A DNA stretch of 64,000 nt from a virus. Lineage: Duplodnaviria > Caudoviricetes. The stretch spans positions 24,266 to 88,265 of the IMG/VR virus record IMGVR_UViG_3300026549_000062, one strand, 5' to 3'. The notes below the pieces were generated by a model. That model was not told where the DNA came from. It was given only the letters and a program-made list of their open reading frames with translations, and made no database searches. The translations under genes were made by a program, and so were the position numbers. Shown piece by piece: positions 1 to 10,484 of this stretch (position 1 is its first letter; every line of letters starts with the position of its first letter).

Positions 1-937
1 TTACAGTACCTCCTTCAGTTTTGCAATCCGTAATGATAGAATCTATTATTACAGCTTCTGATATAATACCTTTAACAGTAGCATTAGTTACATAACCAGT
101 TGTTGGATCTTTGTCTCCATCTATATCACCAGATATAGCAATAGCATTTAGTATATAACCACTTGCTATAGAACCATTAGTAGAAGTGCCATTAATTACA
201 TAAATCTCATGACCACTTCTATTAGTTCCTTTGGCTATACCATCTACTGTCTTAGAGCCATTTAGAGAACCCTGTACAATAACACCTTTAAGAATATTAC
301 CATTAGCATCTAGCTCTGCATTAGTAACTATAGCATCTTTTATAAGAGCTGCTACAGTAGTACCATAAGAATGCGTAGATGTGTCTATAGTAGTATCTTC
401 ATCAGCATATTTTACATAAGCTCTTACATCTCTGATTTGATCTGATTTGATAACAACTACATTGTTATTATAGTTTACAGAGCAATCTAACTTAATTTTA
501 TATATACCAGTTTCTTCATCTAATGCATATACTTTATATATATCTTTTACCATACCAGAGCATTGTTTTAATTCACCATCTTCTAGATATTGAATCGTAT
601 ACATATTTCCTGGTATAATATCTACAGCATGATTAAAATCTGTATTTGTATAAATCATCTCTATTGTGAGAACTATCTTAGCTGTAGTTTCTACATTAGT
701 AAGCATTGTAGTAGTATGAGCACATTCACAATTGCATGTTAATGGGCCATCTTTTCTATAAAGACCACTCATAATACCTGGCTGTGAAACAGATATTTTA
801 TTGGTACAATCGTGACCGTATTGATGATTCCACGTACCATAAAATGCTGGTGGATTAGGATCAAATATATGATTTATATCATTGCAATCATGGAAGACTA
901 CATGCTCATGAAAATGATTGTTGCAGTTGCATGACAT
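1..937 (-). CDS. Partial ORF running off the window edge; Cys/His-rich N-terminus then Gly/Ile/Val/Thr-rich repeats; possible virion/fibre protein
   Basis: Translated by hand, not in the ORF track: ATG at 937 after GGAGG, MSCNCNNHFHEHVVFHDC..., open to base 1. Confidence 0.7.
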   Translation of the reverse strand, partial: MSCNCNNHFHEHVVFHDCNDINHIFDPNPPAFYGTWNHQYGHDCTNKISVSQPGIMSGLYRKDGPLTCNCECAHTTTMLTNVETTAKIVLTIEMIYTNTDFNHAVDIIPGNMYTIQYLEDGELKQCSGMVKDIYKVYALDEETGIYKIKLDCSVNYNNNVVVIKSDQIRDVRAYVKYADEDTTIDTSTHSYGTTVAALIKDAIVTNAELDANGNILKGVIVQGSLNGSKTVDGIAKGTNRSGHEIYVINGTSTNGSIASGYILNAIAISGDIDGDKDPTTGYVTNATVKGIISEAVIIDSIITDCKTEGGTV

Positions 938-963
938 TGAGAGAACCTCCTTTATTCATTTCA

Positions 964-1656
964 TTAATGAGATGTGGAGTTTACCTCTTTAAGTCTATTA
1001 TGCTCTAATACAACAATATAGTTTATCATTTTGATATAGTTTCTAGCGCAGTCTAGAATCCATGGATATTTATCTACTGTTTCTTGAGTACAATAGGAAA
1101 GGGTAGATAGATTATTCATTATATTCATTATATACCAGATATTGGCATAATCATATGGAGATATAGAGAATGCATATCTAGATAGAGCAGCAGTAAATAA
1201 AATATCATAATCTTCCGATAAGTTATCTTTATTTGTTAAATGATATCCAAAAGCCATACTAAAAGCTCTAACAATATCTGGTAGATAATAAGAATCAAAA
1301 TCAAACCCGGACTTATATACTATGCTATATAAATCATTGAAAGTTCTATTTAATCTATTTTTTTTAATTGCTTTAGATAGATTTGGCTTTTTAGAAGATA
1401 CAAAACCAATAAGAGGAATAGAGATAGTATCCTTACACATAGCTTGTATAAATCCGATAAAACAGGTTCTAACAAGCTTCTTTTGATTATCTGTAAGATC
1501 ACCATCGCTTTTGGCCATTTGATAAATGTGTTTCATTCCTTCTTCTTTAGTTTCAAAAGAATCGTGAAAAACTTTATAAAATTCTTTAGCATATTTGATT
1601 CCGAGACATTTGGAGAACATGTTTTCGGTTTGAATAGCTTCATCTTCTAATACCAT
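964..1656 (-). CDS. Hypothetical protein downstream of terminase
   Basis: 230-aa ORF, RBS GAGG, tightly packed operon. Confidence 0.75.
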   Translation of the reverse strand: MVLEDEAIQTENMFSKCLGIKYAKEFYKVFHDSFETKEEGMKHIYQMAKSDGDLTDNQKKLVRTCFIGFIQAMCKDTISIPLIGFVSSKKPNLSKAIKKNRLNRTFNDLYSIVYKSGFDFDSYYLPDIVRAFSMAFGYHLTNKDNLSEDYDILFTAALSRYAFSISPYDYANIWYIMNIMNNLSTLSYCTQETVDKYPWILDCARNYIKMINYIVVLEHNRLKEVNSTSH

Positions 1657-1660
1657 GATA

Positions 1661-2455
1661 TTACCTCTTCAATTCTTCTATATCTTCTATTTTCTTTGCA
1701 TGTGATTGTTGAATAGCAATTCTAATGTGTGTAATTATTGTTGGATAGAGTTTCTCATTAAAGAGGATTTTATTAAACGTTTCAAATAATGAAGTTCTTG
1801 GAGATACATAATCCTCAAATAGATTTAGAACAGGAACATTATTACCATATGCTACCTGATATATATATTTATCAGTAACAGGAAGATTCTTTAAATTGTT
1901 AAGAACTAAAGGAAGATTAGCAACTATATAAGCCATTACATCATCCTCACCAAAAGATATTCTACTATAATTAGAAGACATATCTCTTTCTTTTCTCATA
2001 TCTTCTAGATGGAATGTATTATAAATCTCTTCCTTCTGATCATCTATATATTGATCATAGAATGCAACCATGTAATTATTGAATCTAGATATAAAGAAAT
2101 CATAGAGATAATAACACAGTGTATATAGATCCATATACTCATCACCGTTATTATCATTTATATCTATCTGGAACCATTTAGTGATGATATCAATAATAGC
2201 TCTATAGGTTAGCATTCTAGTTTCTTCTATATTCTCTGTATCTGTAGGATACATGTTAGTTAGTTCTTTAAATATAGTTTCGTATGATTGCACTGCATTT
2301 GGGTATGGAATCATATTAAATGTAGACAACCTCTGTGCAATAGTATCTTCTATTACATTCATCACAAAATCAGAGTCAAACTGAGCTAATATAACTGATA
2401 TTTGATTATTAGCTCTTAACTCGTACTCCTTATCATTCGTTAAAAAACCGAGCAT
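1661..2455 (-). CDS. Hypothetical, probably virion/late protein
   Basis: ORF track; start moved to ATG after AAAGGAGG; late-type promoter at 2478-2489. Confidence 0.75.
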   Translation of the reverse strand: MLGFLTNDKEYELRANNQISVILAQFDSDFVMNVIEDTIAQRLSTFNMIPYPNAVQSYETIFKELTNMYPTDTENIEETRMLTYRAIIDIITKWFQIDINDNNGDEYMDLYTLCYYLYDFFISRFNNYMVAFYDQYIDDQKEEIYNTFHLEDMRKERDMSSNYSRISFGEDDVMAYIVANLPLVLNNLKNLPVTDKYIYQVAYGNNVPVLNLFEDYVSPRTSLFETFNKILFNEKLYPTIITHIRIAIQQSHAKKIEDIEELKR

Positions 2456-2509
2456 ATCTAATCCTCCTTTAATCAATTAATGTATTGTTTTTAAAAAATT
2501 CAAAGTATA

Positions 2510-2537
2510 TACTAGAGGCTAATAAAAGCCTCTAGTA
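2510..2537. terminator. Intrinsic terminator hairpin
   Basis: TACTAGAGGCT/AGCCTCTAGTA with T-run. Confidence 0.7.
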
Positions 2538-2540
2538 TTT

Positions 2541-4832
2541 TTATCTCATATCGTCATCATTATATACAAATTCTCTTCTATTTAATACTTTATAAATAGA
2601 ATCATTTTCCATCTCTTCTTCATCTTTATTGAAGTCTGTAAACAGAGATGGAGGAAGAGTTTGCTCTGATCCATAACTTCCAGAAGCATCGTTTATATCT
2701 ACAGACTCTTTTGGAACTCCATAATGTCTAGAATATGCTTCTCTTGCATTTTCATCTCTTAATAGTAGTTTAAGATGTTCTGATTCTAGTTTTCTTTCTT
2801 TATTTACAAATTCAGAGAAAAGAACACCTTTAGCTCTATTCATTTCTGTATTCTGAACTTGTATTTTCTGTTCCATAGATCCATCTGGAGTATTTATAGC
2901 AGCTATAGAAGGGGTCATATTTACTGCATTTGTGGCTCCGTCTAACTCTACTATATCATCTACAGATTCTTCTGTTTTAATACCAAACTTCTCTATACCA
3001 AATATCTCTTTTAAGTTCTTTCCTTCATACCAAACATAAAGAGCCATTAGATATGAGAATATCTGGTCATCATGGGTTAGATCAGAATGATCTACTCTAC
3101 CGTTCTTCTTTATTTCTAGACCTCTTAATTCATCATATAGAGTTTTAGAGATAAACTTATCTTTGTGATAAGTCATTCTTTCTCTAAGAATTTCTATTAG
3201 TTCGTCTCTAATATCTTTAGTATTATCTAAGCCATATACTTTTGTAAGTTTCTTATTCTTTACAACTCTACCATTAAGTATAGACTCCTCTAATACTCTT
3301 TCTTTCATCTCATAGTAAAGATTTTTCTTAACTTTAGTTTCTTTTAGTTTGCCTATAATTGCTTTACCAAAACCACCATTACGTTCAATATTAATTATAG
3401 CATTAGGCATCATATTGGTTACAATATACTCTAGTACTCTTGCCACATCAATAAGAGAAACAGTATTAGATCTTAATTCAGCAAATACTCTAGTTGTTCT
3501 AGAATCTACAAATGTTATGCATGAATAGTCTCTAGATACACCACCAGCAGGGTCAACACCGATTATAGGAGGATACTTAGGAACCAGATTAGATTTAAGA
3601 GGAATCTCTTCAAATATTTTAAGTTCATATTTACCAAATATAAGAATAGTCTTCTTAGGAGGTTTGCAGAACTTTCTTACTACATCTAGTTCTTCTTTAG
3701 TAAATGGGCAATTCTCTGCTTCATCAGACCACTCAAGAAGATACTCTCTTCTAATAAGTGGCATATCCCAATCAGCTTTCTTACATTTATCATAGAACCA
3801 TTCTTCAGAATATCCTAGTTCTTGATAGGTATACTGTATGAATACAAACGTGCTCATCTTATTAGAATCTATGATATTTCTTATCTGGAAATATGTAAGA
3901 TCATACCATGCTTCATTCCATGGAGTTGCATTATTAATAACAGAGTAGGCATATTTGCCTTCATCTGTTGTTAAAAATCCTGGTGTTGTTGTATATAGAA
4001 TACCATATGGTACATTATTCTTTTGGGCTATCTCGGTAGCCTTGCCCATAGCAGGAATCATGTTTCCATAAATGGTTTTCATAAATGGAATAAAAGCATA
4101 CTCGTCTGCCCAGAGTAATGGAAAAGTCTGACCACGAAGTAAGTTAGCAGCAGCTAATTCATTTCTTGCTTTAGCATACGTTCTAAGCTTATTATGATTT
4201 ACAGAATTCTCCATATAAACTGCTGTATTAGGAACTTTAGTCTTCTTACCATTAACAAGAGAAAATACAGCATCAAATCTAAGATACGTGGGAAGTAGGT
4301 CTCTTATAGCTCTTATTCTTGACAAGTTTTCCTTAGAATCTTTGAACTCTTTATTTAATAGAGAAATCTGTGTATTCTGTGTTCTAAAGTTGTATATATA
4401 AGTATAGAATGCAGCAGCACCTATTGTCTTACCTGTCTGACGAGGCATTATCTGTATGCAGTTTATATTCATTGTAGCTAAATATAAAAATGCCATATTG
4501 CCTCTATTAAGTATAAACTTACTAGGTTCACCAGCAGATGGAATACGTACTACTTCTCTTAAATAATACCAGAAGTTATTTCTAACTTCTGCTAATACTT
4601 TCATTTTATACTGATAAGATATATTAGGATCATGAGGATCTATATTAGCAAGGTCAGGATCTAGAAGAGATAGCATAAATCTATTATTCTTAATACCAAT
4701 AGCCTTTAAATAGTTACTCATTTCTACAAATGAGGTATTAGATGTAGACCGTTGGTAATATATTCGTATATTTTGATTCTCTACTAACTGAACTTGCTGA
4801 GAAGGAGAAACATTGCTATTATTTAACTGCAT
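2541..4832 (-). CDS. terL: Terminase large subunit
   Basis: Walker A MPRQTGKT, Walker B LLWADEYAF, YTTTPG coupling motif, nuclease GVDPAGG and HDDQIFSYL. Confidence 0.95.
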   Translation of the reverse strand: MQLNNSNVSPSQQVQLVENQNIRIYYQRSTSNTSFVEMSNYLKAIGIKNNRFMLSLLDPDLANIDPHDPNISYQYKMKVLAEVRNNFWYYLREVVRIPSAGEPSKFILNRGNMAFLYLATMNINCIQIMPRQTGKTIGAAAFYTYIYNFRTQNTQISLLNKEFKDSKENLSRIRAIRDLLPTYLRFDAVFSLVNGKKTKVPNTAVYMENSVNHNKLRTYAKARNELAAANLLRGQTFPLLWADEYAFIPFMKTIYGNMIPAMGKATEIAQKNNVPYGILYTTTPGFLTTDEGKYAYSVINNATPWNEAWYDLTYFQIRNIIDSNKMSTFVFIQYTYQELGYSEEWFYDKCKKADWDMPLIRREYLLEWSDEAENCPFTKEELDVVRKFCKPPKKTILIFGKYELKIFEEIPLKSNLVPKYPPIIGVDPAGGVSRDYSCITFVDSRTTRVFAELRSNTVSLIDVARVLEYIVTNMMPNAIINIERNGGFGKAIIGKLKETKVKKNLYYEMKERVLEESILNGRVVKNKKLTKVYGLDNTKDIRDELIEILRERMTYHKDKFISKTLYDELRGLEIKKNGRVDHSDLTHDDQIFSYLMALYVWYEGKNLKEIFGIEKFGIKTEESVDDIVELDGATNAVNMTPSIAAINTPDGSMEQKIQVQNTEMNRAKGVLFSEFVNKERKLESEHLKLLLRDENAREAYSRHYGVPKESVDINDASGSYGSEQTLPPSLFTDFNKDEEEMENDSIYKVLNRREFVYNDDDMR

Positions 4833-4890
4833 TAAATTTCACTTCTTTCACAAGATACTGTTTTACTAGAAAGTTGGAAAGTTAATTTTG

Positions 4891-4903
4891 TTTACATACT
4901 ATA
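4891..4903 (+). promoter_or_regulatory. Early-type phage promoter motif TTTACATACTATA (representative)
   Basis: Further + copies at 10426, 14033, 14823, 15272, 19259, 21261, 21813, 22383, 37793, 46484, 53344. Confidence 0.8.
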
Positions 4904-4922
4904 ATAGTGAGGAGATGATAAA

Positions 4923-5678
4923 TTGATTACTAAAGATGAAATAAGAAATATTGTAGAAATAACAAAGAATTTTTGGATACAGAAGAATATTACATTTACT
5001 CCGTATATAAACGTAATAGATATAAGTGGGTTAAATTTTGGAAAGTCTAATATCATTTATGGTATATGCTTATTTAATAATATAGGAATAGATATAGACA
5101 ATATAGAGCATTTGATTAATGTAGAAAATCTTAATAGAGAAAGATATTTAGGATTCATAATCCATATAGTAACTCATGAATTCTGCCATTTAGATCAAGA
5201 TATATCTTATTATAAACTAAACAATATTCCAAGATATATACTAGAGAATGATTGTGAAGCAATGGCTATAAAGTATATAAAGTCTAACTATAATGAATTA
5301 TGCAATGTATTTAATTGTAATATAGAGCAATATACACCTAGTAGATATAATGGATCTATAAATCATTCATATATAAGATATAATAGCATTCATTCTAAGA
5401 TTAAGACTTATATATTCTCTATTCTATTAGATGGAATAAATGAAAGTGATTATAAAAGAATGTGTGGTCTAAATCCAATGAAAAAGATCTATATATCTTA
5501 TATACTAAATAATATTATTCAGAAAAATATATTATTATTTGATCAAATCTATATAGTATCCGAAGAACTATTGAAATTCTTAGGATATCATGCAATGCAA
5601 TATCTTATTATGAGAAGAAAATTTAATGTATTCATAAAAGAATATGATGAAGCAGTTTATATTTACATAAAAGAATAA
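4923..5678 (+). CDS. Putative zincin metallopeptidase (HEXXH), early-type gene
   Basis: VTHEFCHLDQ plus downstream ENDC; TTG start after GAGGAG; early promoter 4891-4903. Confidence 0.6.
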   Translation: MITKDEIRNIVEITKNFWIQKNITFTPYINVIDISGLNFGKSNIIYGICLFNNIGIDIDNIEHLINVENLNRERYLGFIIHIVTHEFCHLDQDISYYKLNNIPRYILENDCEAMAIKYIKSNYNELCNVFNCNIEQYTPSRYNGSINHSYIRYNSIHSKIKTYIFSILLDGINESDYKRMCGLNPMKKIYISYILNNIIQKNILLFDQIYIVSEELLKFLGYHAMQYLIMRRKFNVFIKEYDEAVYIYIKE

Positions 5679-5721
5679 CCTATATAGGATGGGATATTAT
5701 TCCCATCCTATATAAATTTTT

Positions 5722-6543
5722 TCATAACAAGTTTACCATATTAAAGGCCTTATTTTCTTTTATTTTTCTTTTTTCATAGTTTCTTATCTTGTCCCTCTTA
5801 TAGACCACTATATTGTGATAAGAACTGTCAATCATCGTTTTAATCGTTCCTAAGATATAGATATAATTGAGAGAATCTTTATTAAACCATGACTGCTGAT
5901 ATAACTTCATTACTATACTTTCAAATATATCAGCAACGACGCTTTCAAAAGGAGATTTCCCTCCTTTCTTAACGTCAAAAAAGATTAAACTATAGAAATT
6001 TCTATAATCATTATTCTTAAGATAATCAAAGCATTTTATAGGAACTGTTCTAACATCTTTACTCAGGATCATATTATTCAGATTATCAAAATACATTGTT
6101 ATTATCTTTTCACATATAGACGTTAGAATTATAACGTTTAATTTATCTTTATGATCTATAGGTTGTGTAAAATATGGTTCTCTTGAAGAATCATATGCCT
6201 TGAATCTGCATTTGATACGATTTATAATTGTAAATGTAAGGGAAATGGTTCTCCTTGCATAATATATTTCTTCTTTTATGTTTGATATATGAATCCTATT
6301 AACAAGAGCTATTAGCATTATAACTCCGATAAAGCATGTAAATATAGATGCACTTATAATAGTTTCAAAATTAAAGCCTATACTAAGAATCAAAGAAGAA
6401 ATTATTGGTAATATGATACCCATAGAAAGAAGAAGACAGGTTAATGCTATTGTATAAGGTTCTAGACCCCATTTTATCTTAAAATGATTATACAATACCT
6501 CTAGTATTCGTTTATCTTCTTTTAGTTTTAATATGTAACCCAT
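5722..6543 (-). CDS. Hypothetical membrane protein (two N-terminal hydrophobic helices)
   Basis: Hydrophobic stretches IALTCLLLSMGIILPIISSLILSIGF and IISASIFTCFIGVIMLIALV. Confidence 0.7.
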   Translation of the reverse strand: MGYILKLKEDKRILEVLYNHFKIKWGLEPYTIALTCLLLSMGIILPIISSLILSIGFNFETIISASIFTCFIGVIMLIALVNRIHISNIKEEIYYARRTISLTFTIINRIKCRFKAYDSSREPYFTQPIDHKDKLNVIILTSICEKIITMYFDNLNNMILSKDVRTVPIKCFDYLKNNDYRNFYSLIFFDVKKGGKSPFESVVADIFESIVMKLYQQSWFNKDSLNYIYILGTIKTMIDSSYHNIVVYKRDKIRNYEKRKIKENKAFNMVNLL

Positions 6544-6554
6544 GATACATTCCT

Positions 6555-7325
6555 CTATTCAAATTTCTTTATATGGTCAATAACCTCGTTAATCATATTA
6601 GTATAATTTTCAGAGTCCGTAAGGGTTCCATCCCAAATATCTATAACTGTAATAGGAGATTGATTAATAGTAAGAATTTTAGACTCTTCTATATACATTT
6701 TGTATATAGACTTAATACTCTCTTCCTTGTCATTATACTCATTACTAGACCTTTCTTTAGCATGTTTTAAAACAACGTGCAAAGGGGGCAATATTAAGAA
6801 CAACTCATCTATGGATACTTGAGTTGAACAATAATATTTACTTATAATGTCCAGGTCACCCATTTTTTCCATTTCTTTATAGAGAGTACCACCATTGAGT
6901 TTATTGTATACAATGGTTGATAATATAGATCTATCTACAATATACATTGAGTATACATCGTCTTGTTTATATATCTTAGATGATTTGGATTCTATTTTAT
7001 TAAATGCATCTAACTGGTTTATGATATTTAGTGATTGAAGAATATCCGTTGGATAATTCTTGTATTCATCTGTAAGAAGACTTCTTATAAACGAATATCC
7101 ATAAGAATTCTTATCAGGAAGACAAAGAGAGTTAATCTCTATATCTGTATTATCTATTTCTTCTTCTTTAAGTGTTTTCACTATAGTATCAGTCATAGTT
7201 GTTTTTCCACAGCCATCTACGCCTTCAAGAATGAATACTTTAGGATCTACAAATATAGAACCGTCTTCATCTTCATAATAATCTGTTTCTTTATGGAAAT
7301 ATTTAATATTACCCACGAATTTCAT
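6555..7325 (-). CDS. tmk: Thymidylate-kinase-family dNMP kinase
   Basis: P-loop ILEGVDGCGKTT, DRSILSTIVY, lid-like LILPPLHVVLKHAKER. Confidence 0.85.
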   Translation of the reverse strand: MKFVGNIKYFHKETDYYEDEDGSIFVDPKVFILEGVDGCGKTTMTDTIVKTLKEEEIDNTDIEINSLCLPDKNSYGYSFIRSLLTDEYKNYPTDILQSLNIINQLDAFNKIESKSSKIYKQDDVYSMYIVDRSILSTIVYNKLNGGTLYKEMEKMGDLDIISKYYCSTQVSIDELFLILPPLHVVLKHAKERSSNEYNDKEESIKSIYKMYIEESKILTINQSPITVIDIWDGTLTDSENYTNMINEVIDHIKKFE

Positions 7326-8397
7326 CCTCCCCAATCTCCTCATCTACATAGATATCGTTATCTTCTGAAAATGATTTACATAGAGATCCCTCAGAAGAGA
7401 GTTTGTTATTATTATCAAAATATCTTAAAAATAAGAAAGTATTATCATTGTTAGGAGTAAATACAATAACTTTCCTATCATCATAAAACTCTCCTACTTT
7501 ATCCATGTTATCCATGAAAGAGAGTATATTTTTTCTTGTATTCATTCTCCCATTACTTACTAATTTACAAACCATCTTACTATTTAAATCAGGCATCTTA
7601 TTATTTAATATGATACCAAGATAAGCTATATGAACAGGATCTGCTAAAGAATCCTTAATATAATCCATTACAGTTATACTTTTAGATATATTCATCTTTC
7701 TCATTAATTCTTCTACCAAATCCCAAGTATTAGAATAAATCTTTGGTATAAATGAGAAATTCTTTAATAAACTCTTAGCTTGATTATCTAATGAATCATC
7801 AGCATCTTTGAATATCTTATTTATATAATCATAATTGAATGGTTTGATCTTAAAGAGTTCATCTTTACATTCTCTTATTATAGCAGCTGCATTATAAATT
7901 GTTATTATATTATAAACTTCATTGATAGATCTATAAAGAAGTTTTAAATCTATCTTAAACTTTACAGCCATTTGAGGTCCTTCTTGTTTCTCTAGATCTG
8001 TGAGTTTCTTATTCATATTTCTAGAGATTACATCTAGAGATAGATTATGACTATTCTTTTCTCTATCTGTAGTATTCATGCTCAGTTCAGTGCATAAGCA
8101 GAGAAGAATAACAGACCTCATCTTTTCAAACCATTCTTCGTCTTTTTTAAATTCTCCTAATTCACTTACTTTAACAGAATCTTTTATTACATTATCTATA
8201 TTGAATACAAATTTGTTAGTATCGAATCTTATCATACTAGAAATTCCAACAACATCTTTAAACTCTATTGTTTTATTTGATACTATAGTATTTGCCAAAT
8301 ATGTATCTCTTATTAGATTATAGTATCTTCTTGTAGAATACTTAAGGCTATTTAATTCTCTTTGAGTTAATTGAATCATTAAGATCTCTTCTTTCAA
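7309..8397 (-). CDS. Hypothetical protein
   Basis: 362-aa ORF; start uncertain (8397 or 8379). Confidence 0.7.
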   Translation of the reverse strand: MKEEILMIQLTQRELNSLKYSTRRYYNLIRDTYLANTIVSNKTIEFKDVVGISSMIRFDTNKFVFNIDNVIKDSVKVSELGEFKKDEEWFEKMRSVILLCLCTELSMNTTDREKNSHNLSLDVISRNMNKKLTDLEKQEGPQMAVKFKIDLKLLYRSINEVYNIITIYNAAAIIRECKDELFKIKPFNYDYINKIFKDADDSLDNQAKSLLKNFSFIPKIYSNTWDLVEELMRKMNISKSITVMDYIKDSLADPVHIAYLGIILNNKMPDLNSKMVCKLVSNGRMNTRKNILSFMDNMDKVGEFYDDRKVIVFTPNNDNTFLFLRYFDNNNKLSSEGSLCKSFSEDNDIYVDEEIGEDEIRG

Positions 8398-8442
8398 TTT
8401 GAAGTATGGATAGCCAAAAAATTCGGCTATCCATATGTAATC

Positions 8443-9339
8443 TTAAAATAATTTATTGATCTCGTTGATTAGTTCTTTCTGTACTGATTGCTCTAGACTT
8501 AACTCTACAGTGTTTCCATCTTTTGTTTTCATTGTAACAAGATCCATATTTGGGTTTATTTTCATTGATTCATATAGAACGTCAAATGTATTCATAGCAA
8601 GTTTAACATTAGCAGACTCTGTTACAATATAATTACTTATCTGGCTCTGTGTTAGAGGAATCTGAATAGTTGATTCCATTACAGGAGAATTGCCCTTTTG
8701 GGCTTGCTTATTAATCTCCATTGCTTTAGAGAAATAATAATCATCTGGATCTATATTGTATACATTGTATTTTACAGGTTCAGCAACAACAGATTCTGTT
8801 GTTACAATCTTTGTAGTATAAGCTTTAGAGTGCGATGGGAAATATACACGATCGTATGTGATCATCTGCATATTTCTAACAGTCATTCTACCTCCTTCAT
8901 TAACAAGAGAACCAAGAGCTCTTAGAGAGAATGAAGGATGTTGCCCACGTTTAAGATCTTCATTGAATGATCTACCAAGATCATTAGAAGTACCAGTAAA
9001 ATGAGCTTTTACTAGATCTCCTTCCATCCAAATCTTCTTATACCAGACTTGAACATTAGTTGGATCTATTTTAGCCTGTCTCTGTAATGATGCATCTGAT
9101 GGATGTCCTGCTTCACCCATTAGATTTCCAGTAGTCATAAGTTCTACAATACGTGGAGAATGTATTGCTCTATTAAGTTCTTCTGTAGGATAATAACGCT
9201 TATTTCTATTTACAGCATTACCATTCTGAAGAACTCCTTCAGCTAGAACAAAACCAGATTTATCTTCGCTTTTTATTTTAAATTCAACAGCATCGGATAC
9301 CTCTTCACTAAGAAGGTACCCAACTATATTATCTTTCAT
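8443..9339 (-). CDS. Prohead core protease (T4 gp21-like)
   Basis: LAEGVLQNGNAVNRNKRYYP, GEAGHP (catalytic His), SFSLRALG (catalytic Ser), ITYDRV.FPSH. Confidence 0.9.
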   Translation of the reverse strand: MKDNIVGYLLSEEVSDAVEFKIKSEDKSGFVLAEGVLQNGNAVNRNKRYYPTEELNRAIHSPRIVELMTTGNLMGEAGHPSDASLQRQAKIDPTNVQVWYKKIWMEGDLVKAHFTGTSNDLGRSFNEDLKRGQHPSFSLRALGSLVNEGGRMTVRNMQMITYDRVYFPSHSKAYTTKIVTTESVVAEPVKYNVYNIDPDDYYFSKAMEINKQAQKGNSPVMESTIQIPLTQSQISNYIVTESANVKLAMNTFDVLYESMKINPNMDLVTMKTKDGNTVELSLEQSVQKELINEINKLF

Positions 9340-9444
9340 ATAAATCACCTTATCTAGTACTAAGTAAGTAATGTCATTATTACAATGTCTGGAAAATGGG
9401 AGTATGCCATTTTAGCATACTCCCTGTAATTATAATATATAAAA

Positions 9445-9954
9445 TTATTTATGATTCTTATTATTGTTATGATTATTGTAGTTCTTGCTATTATTGTTAT
9501 TCTGTGAAGTAACAGTAGCCTTGATATCAGCTTTGACCTCTGTTTTAACTTCTTCTTTCTTTTCTTCCTTAGCTGGAGCAGTTTCTTCTTTAAGAGCAAC
9601 TTTTACATTATTCTGTTTATTGTTCTTCTTACTGCTCTTACCATAAAAAGAGACCGTATCAACAACTTTACCAGACTGATCTGTAATATTAACATTATTC
9701 TTTGAATAAGACTTAATATTGGTTGCAGCAACAGCACTCTCTGGAACAGTCGAGATACCATTTTCTGTGTTGTAATTATTAAAGTCTAGAGGAACTGTTT
9801 TACCACCAAGAAGAACCTCTTCTACTAGAGCCTTGTTTTCTATGCAGACTTTAATAGCTTCTGAATCTAGAATAACACCAACACAATTACCGGCAAATGG
9901 AATACCATTAATGGAGAACGGGCGATAACATGAAATATTTACCTTCTTAAGCAT
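9445..9954 (-). CDS. Late protein with small N-terminal domain and low-complexity tail; paralog of 54672-55187
   Basis: Shared GN...K..IE...E.L...L..NY..NG pattern; late promoter 9987-9998. Confidence 0.65.
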   Translation of the reverse strand: MLKKVNISCYRPFSINGIPFAGNCVGVILDSEAIKVCIENKALVEEVLLGGKTVPLDFNNYNTENGISTVPESAVAATNIKSYSKNNVNITDQSGKVVDTVSFYGKSSKKNNKQNNVKVALKEETAPAKEEKKEEVKTEVKADIKATVTSQNNNNSKNYNNHNNNKNHK

Positions 9955-10009
9955 TTACTATAAACCTCCTAAAAAATGAAAAAGATTATCTTACTGTTGA
10001 CTATGTAAA

Positions 10010-10201
10010 TTAATAGTCATAGTTTGGATCTTGCTGGTCTACCATATCTATCATATTAAAATCTGGATTCGAGTACATAAGATCATCTTCTGCTTCATTA
10101 CCTTCATCTATATCCATATCAGCAACTAGCATAGCAGGATCATTAATTATTTCGTCTCTAAATCTTCCATCATCCATTGAATCTATTATATCTTGATCCA
10201 T
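10010..10201 (-). CDS. Small very acidic protein
   Basis: 63-aa D/E-rich ORF, RBS GAGGTG. Confidence 0.65.
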   Translation of the reverse strand: MDQDIIDSMDDGRFRDEIINDPAMLVADMDIDEGNEAEDDLMYSNPDFNMIDMVDQQDPNYDY

Positions 10202-10213
10202 GTTTATCACCTC

Positions 10214-10369
10214 TTAAAATAGCTGATCATCATCCACTACAGAATCTGTTTCTTCATCATAACCAATCATAGTATCTATAGCTTGTTTAAAAGAATATTT
10301 ATCTTGTAAATCTACTCTGTCTTCTTCTAACATATTTTGAAGAAGAACTTCATCAACAGCTTTTGACAT
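10214..10369 (-). CDS. Small acidic protein (51 aa, not in track)
   Basis: MSKAVDEVLLQNMLEEDRVD...; RBS GGAGGA; late promoter 10394-10405. Confidence 0.65.
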   Translation of the reverse strand: MSKAVDEVLLQNMLEEDRVDLQDKYSFKQAIDTMIGYDEETDSVVDDDQLF

Positions 10370-10484
10370 TATAAGTCCTCCTTTTGACTTAATTACTTAA
10401 ATGTGGGATAGTAAATTTTCTTTGAAATACATACTATAGAAATGATGGTATTATATATAGTGGCATTTTAGGAGGTAATCTTTT

